NCBI RefSeq assembly: GCF_037042905.1
Contig: NC_087252.1
Coordinates: 19,284,001-19,344,000 of the forward strand
Reading direction: 5' to 3'
Length of the DNA: 60,000 nucleotides
DNA from: Lytechinus pictus
Lineage: Eukaryota
Shown: positions 54,971 to 60,000 of the stretch, in pieces
How the letters are laid out: each line of letters opens with the position of its first letter
Numbering within the stretch: position 1 is the first letter of the stretch
Translations under genes and position numbers: made by a program
Notes under the pieces: model-generated
Databases searched by the model: none
What the model was told of the DNA's origin: nothing
The model's input: the letters and a program-made list of their open reading frames with translations, nothing else

Positions 54971-55075
54971 TTATAACATAGCAATTCCAGCTGTAACTAC
55001 GAATGACAGACCAAGCACAAAGTAGCCTGTCTTGTAGAGTGTCTTGATATCAAAGCCATAGCCAGTGTCCCATGC
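54971..55075 (-). CDS. SDHC: Succinate dehydrogenase cytochrome b560 subunit, last exon
   Basis: AWDTGYGFDIKTLYKTGYFVLGLSFVVTAGIAML*; CAG acceptor. Confidence 0.92.
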   Translation of the reverse strand, partial: AWDTGYGFDIKTLYKTGYFVLGLSFVVTAGIAML

Positions 55076-55227
55076 CTGTGTGAAAGAGGAAATAAAGGAA
55101 AGAGAGAGTGTGTGCGAGAGTAGGGGTAAAGGGGGGAGGGCCCGGGGGATAGGAGAGAGAGGAGAGAAGGTGGAGGAGAAAAAGGGAGGGACAAAAAATT
55201 AAAAATCTTAAAGGTCAAGTCCACATT

Positions 55228-55498
55228 AATAATAATAGGCATTTATATAGCGCCATCTGTCTATAAATAATCTATTCCGAGGCGCATTGTTTATTATTAT
55301 TTAGCTCGAGCTGCCTTTCAGCGCTCAGTGCATTCAAGGAATCAATCCTGCCGGGTATCCATTCACCTCCCCTGGGTTGAGTGTGCAGCACAGTGTGGAT
55401 ACATTTCTTGCTGAAGGAAATTAAGCCATGGCTGGGATTCGAACCCACGACCCTCTGTTTGAAAGTCCAGAGACTAATCCACTGGGCCACAACGCTCC
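55228..55498 (-). mobile_element. tRNA-derived SINE, full length
   Basis: Minus-strand TGGCCCAGTGG A box, GGTTCGAATCC B box, (TAT)n tail. Confidence 0.88.
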
Positions 55499-55585
55499 AC
55501 ATTACAAATTGATTTGAAAAAAAAATAGAGAATATCACACACAGCAGAGACTTCAGCTCTGAAAATTTCTTCAAAATCATATATA

Positions 55586-56540
55586 CAGTGCGTATCAAAA
55601 AAAAATTACACTTTGAAAAAATCCTCTAAAATTATACATTTGTAATATACTGAAGATTTTTCCACATTTTAACATTGGTACAGATCCATTTAAGCAAATG
55701 ACGATATAACTGTCGAAAAATATTTCCGCTTGAGTGAGCACCACTTACTTTTGAAAAGTTTGTGAAAAATCATTTGCGCAGAACCTTGAAATACTTATGC
55801 GAATAAAGGTAGACCTTAATCATGAAGAACACGTGGAATTTAGTTTGTAAAATTGATTTGAAGATATCTTTTACCTTTTTTAACTTGTTTCCTTGCCCAA
55901 AACACTTCTAAGTATAAGTGCGCCCCACCCCACTCCCCCACACAACAAGGCCATTATGACGACATTTGCTTTACACCGAGCTGTGATTTACATGAAATGA
56001 CTTAGGCTTGATTTTCATTTTGTTAATCATTTTCAAGCTTTTCAAGCTTGAAAAAAGTGGAGAAACAAGTATTGAATGAAAAATGATATGTAAACCCACT
56101 TTAAATGATAAAAAAAAATTCAGTTATAAAATGTCCTCAGATCCAGCTGGCACATAAAGGGTAAAGGTTGTGCTTACTAAGTGTTGAAATTTCAATTTGG
56201 GTGGCAAAATTGTTACAAAATGCTTGAATGTATCCGTCTAATTTCAATTGAATAAAAGTGCAAGGGACATGTATGAGAAATGTTTCGCAGGGTAAGTTTG
56301 ATTTCGCCCCTTTCCCCTTGACACAGCGTGAAAACGAGCATTTCTGCGCAAACAGATTTCTGCGAGCTTTACAAAAATGGACAGTGCTCACTCAATTGTA
56401 ACATTCTGTCAAAACTTTTCCTTTCATTGGACAGATGAGACCCAAAACCAAGATTATATGTGAAAAAAATACCCACATGTTGTATATTTTTTAATCCCCA
56501 GGGCTTTTTCAAAGTGTAAACTTTTTTTTGATACGCACTG
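55586..56540. mobile_element. Tc1/mariner-type non-autonomous element
   Basis: TA|CAGTGCGTATCAAAAAAAA..TACACTTTGAAAAA ... TTTTTCAAAGTGTAA..TTGATACGCACTG|TA. Confidence 0.9.
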
Positions 56541-56974
56541 TATAACGTTAGTCTTGATAACTTTAAATTTCAATTTAAACTTTTTGGTTTTAAATTGCTG
56601 TTGAGTATTCTCACCATTGTAGTTACCAAACCCATTGGCGGCGGAGCAGAGGATTATCTTTTGTGTTTGGGGGGGGGGGGGGGGGACGCAACAATAGACG
56701 TCCCCCCCAAACACAAAAGATAATCCTCTGCTCCACCACCAATGACCAACCCAGAAAAAAACTTTGAAGCAACAGGCCCTGGTCAGTCTGCAAATAAAGG
56801 GAGTCAAGGGCATCATGCACTCTTCCTATTTATTTCATATTTTATTGTATGAAATAAAAAAAAAGAAGCTAATTCTTATAGCTTTGATAACAGGCGATGG
56901 GTCTCAATGCCCCTGGCCTTTTTACTGACTTTGGATATTTTTTACCCTTTTCAATTTTTCTATTTGTGCTTTAA

Positions 56975-57546
56975 AGGAGAATGAAACTCTTGGAGCAAGT
57001 TAGCTTTTGTGAAAGCAGAAAAATCAAAGAATACGATCAACAAAAGTTTGAGTAAAATAGGACTAGCAATAGAGGAGTTATGAGCATTTGAATGTCGAGA
57101 TCACTAATTCTATGGAGATCCTCCCATTGGCAATGCGACCAAGATCTATGATGTCACAGATGAACAACTCTCCCCTTTTGGACACTGAAAATATACCCCA
57201 AAACATCTCTTTTTGCTCATTCTCATATGACAAACGATTCATCAATGATATAATGTTGTGAAACCTCTGTACTTGTCCTCTCATAAAGAGAACACCTCAC
57301 CTTGTGATATACTCTATAAAAGTGAGAATATAAGTGAAATAAGTACTAAAGTAATGAGGGAGTTGTACATGTGTGACATCACAGATCTTGGTCGCATTGC
57401 CAATAGGAGGATCTACATGGCATTAGTGATCTCAATATTCAAATGCTCATAACTTTCTTATTATTCATTCAATCTTCCTCAAACTTTCAACAATATGTTT
57501 CTTTGATTTTTCTCTTTGATATGGATTCCGCTGGTTTCATTCTCCT
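56975..57546. mobile_element. Kolobok-like MITE with long internal inverted repeat
   Basis: TTAA|AGGAGAATGAAAC ... GTTTCATTCTCCT|TTAA; arms ~57075-57160 and ~57370-57455. Confidence 0.88.
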
Positions 57547-57654
57547 TTAATATAATGTGCCCTTTTGGAAACTGGCTTTGCCCTAAAAGGTTGAAAGTAA
57601 AGGGCCGAAGGGGATCTCTACCGAATGTTAATGATCTTTGACCTTTGGACTTAC

Positions 57655-57818
57655 CAGATGCCTGACACCGTTGAGAGTATGGTAGGCCATTGGCCAGACG
57701 ATCGCCATCTTGGTGAGAAAGAGGAGCGATGGACCATATGAAAGAGACTTGATGGCATCTAGGTAGTATGCAAAGTCATGCGGCAAGACACTCATTGATA
57801 AACCTAGAGCATAGATAC
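57655..57818 (-). CDS. SDHC: SDHC penultimate exon (164 nt)
   Basis: GIYALGLSMSVLPHDFAYYLDAIKSL..KMAIVWPMAYHTLNGVRHL; CAG acceptor, GTAAGT donor. Confidence 0.95.
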
Positions 57819-58103
57819 CTGAAAGAAAATGAGATAAATACAGGTGAAACCTACCTACGTCAAATTTGGAAGGACAAAGAATTCTAATTGAGTTAGGCAG
57901 AGAAGATGTCAATGATACATACTATGCATGTTCTGGTCCAAAAATTGCTTCTATTTAGCCAAATTTGACATACAGAATGTCAACTTAGGTGTACTTACCT
58001 GGTATATTCATTTCACTGCCATTTCAATTTACCAGCAAAATGCATGATAGAAATTATATTTAATTGGTCCACATATTAGATCAATAAATGACCTTCATAG
58101 TAC

Positions 58104-59058
58104 AACAAGTGGAATGCCTCTGGCCGTCTCACCTGCATCACACGATTCAATATAGCAGCAGTGCTGATTTTGAAAACTACTATAACTCGCACAAGATGTT
58201 CAGTGATACTTGGTTACTCTTATTTCCACGTTTTATGAACTAGACCAATACACTTATAGAGATATGATGGCAATTCAACAAATACCCCCAACGTGGCCAA
58301 AGTTCTTTGACCTTACATGACCTTTGACCTTGATCATGTGACCTGAAACTCGCACAGGATGTTCAGTGATACTTGATTACTATTATGTCCAAGTTTTATG
58401 AACTAGACCAACACACTTTCAAATTTATGGCTGTAATTCAACAAATACCCCAATTTGGCCAAAGTTCATTGACCCTAAATGACCTTTGACCTTGATCATG
58501 TGACCTGAAACTTGCACAGGATGTTCAGTAATACTTGATTACTATTATGTCCAAGTTTCATGAATCAGATCCATAAACTTTCAAAGTTATGATGGTAATT
58601 CAACAGATACCCCCAATTCGGCCAAAGTTCATTGACCCTAAATGACCTTTGACCTTGGTCATGTGATGTGAAACTCAAGCAGGATGTTCAGTGATACTTG
58701 ATTAACCTTATGTATAAGTTTCATGAACTAGGTCCATATATTTTCTAAGTTATGATGACATTTCAAAAACTTAACCTTAGGTTAAGATTTTGATGTTGAT
58801 TCCCCCAACATGGTCTAAGTTCATTGACCCTAAATGACCTTTGACCTTGGTCATGTGACATGAAACTCAGGCAGAATGTTCAGTAATACTTGATTAACCT
58901 TATGGCCAAGTTTCATGAACTAGGTCCATATACTTTCTAAGTTATGCTGTCATTTCAAAAACTTAACCTCAGGTTAAGATTTGGTGTTGACGCCGCCGCC
59001 GCCGCCATCGGAAAAGCGGCGCCTATAGTCTCACTCTGCTATGCAGGTGAGACAAAAA
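58104..59058. mobile_element. Helentron-associated/DINE-1-like non-autonomous element with internal ~162-bp tandem array
   Basis: Subterminal IR GTCTCACCTGCAT (58126) / ATGCAGGTGAGAC (59041), terminal hairpin, (GCC)n, A-run end; GATGTTCAGT.ATACTTG repeated 5 times. Confidence 0.75.
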
Positions 59059-59215
59059 CTTGATAGTAATTAACCGTATGGCTGATTTTGAATTAGTTTA
59101 TTGCTTTGAAAATTACAAATCAATTTTATGATAGTTTGGTATTATATTACTAATTAGCTATTGTATTTTTGGACCAGAGGAGGAACACTTCACAGATAGT
59201 GTGATAAATACTTAA

Positions 59216-59789
59216 AAGACAAGTCCAACCCAACAAAAAGTTGATTTGAATAAAAAGAGAAAAATCCAACAATCATAACACTGAAAATTTCATCAAAATT
59301 GGATGTAAAATAAGAGTTTTAAAGTTTCGCTTAATTTCACAAGTTATTTGTACATCCTGGTTGGTATGCAAATCAGACAACTGATGACGTCATCCACTCA
59401 CTATCTCTTTTGTATTTTATTATATGAAATATTCTAATTTTCTCCTCATTGTCAAGTGAAACAATGATTAATTCCTCCCTGAACATGTGGAATTAGCATT
59501 GTTTAATACCACATGGTTCATTCAACTTGGTCCTTGTTGTCAAATCTGTAAAAAATGAAATATTGTATTATTCAAACAATAAAAAACAAAAGAAATGGTG
59601 AGTGATGGACATCATTGACGGACTCATTTGCATGTCACTGAGTTGTGCATATCACTGTTTTGTGAAAATAAGCAAAACTTTAAAATGTCATAACTTTCTT
59701 ATTTTACATCCGATTTTGACGAGATTTTAAGCGTTATGCTAGTTTGATTTATCTCAATTTTTTGAATTTTTCTAAGGTGGACTTGACCT
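59216..59789. mobile_element. Kolobok-like MITE (TTAA TSD)
   Basis: TTAA|AAGACAAGTCCA ... TGGACTTGACCT|TTAA. Confidence 0.8.
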
Positions 59790-59949
59790 TTAACATCTGA
59801 AGAAAGCCATTCAAAGCAGGGGGGAAGGGATGGAAGAAAAAAAAAATTAAACCAAATGATGGAATATTAGTATTCTCATCAAAGTCAATATTTTTAGTAT
59901 GCATGTAGGAGGCTTATAAAAAGAAGAAGAATATTTGGGTGATATTTAC

Positions 59950-60000
59950 CAACAGTGAGTCCAACACCAGTTCCTCTGTGTGTAATTGACAACATTGATG
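59950..60000 (-). CDS. SDHC: SDHC internal exon (truncated by window edge)
   Basis: SMLSITHRGTGVGLTVG, containing the SxxHRxTG quinone-site motif; donor GTAAAT. Confidence 0.92.

Overview
AT-rich, intron- and repeat-rich eukaryotic DNA. The inferred source is an echinoderm, probably a sea urchin, judged from the histone H3 leader, tRNA-derived SINEs and MITE families. I reconstructed four protein-coding genes by hand. (1) A single-coding-exon tandem-CARD-only gene (171-731, minus). (2) CFAP91/MAATS1 (7396-36571, plus), with 18 phase-compatible exons, about 1016 aa, a candidate 27-nt microexon and a long low-complexity C-terminal extension. (3) A CKS1/CKS2-family gene (44266-46912, minus; 3 short coding exons, absent from the ORF track as a protein) that hosts a disrupted histone H3 pseudogene in an intron. 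(4) The 3' part of SDHC (54971-60000, minus). The rest is dense with non-autonomous DNA transposons (Harbinger-, hAT-, Tc1/mariner-, Kolobok-, Academ/MULE- and Helentron-like), SINEs, LINE scraps and tandem repeats, often nested. I found no clear new multi-gene system. The most interesting signals are Tc1-type excision footprints (TACATGTA/TACTGTA), tandem amplification of exon ends with their splice donors, the CFAP91 microexon and tail, the CARD-CARD gene, and MITE-borne X-box+CCAAT modules. Comparisons to human proteins and TE superfamily assignments are from memory, not from searches.
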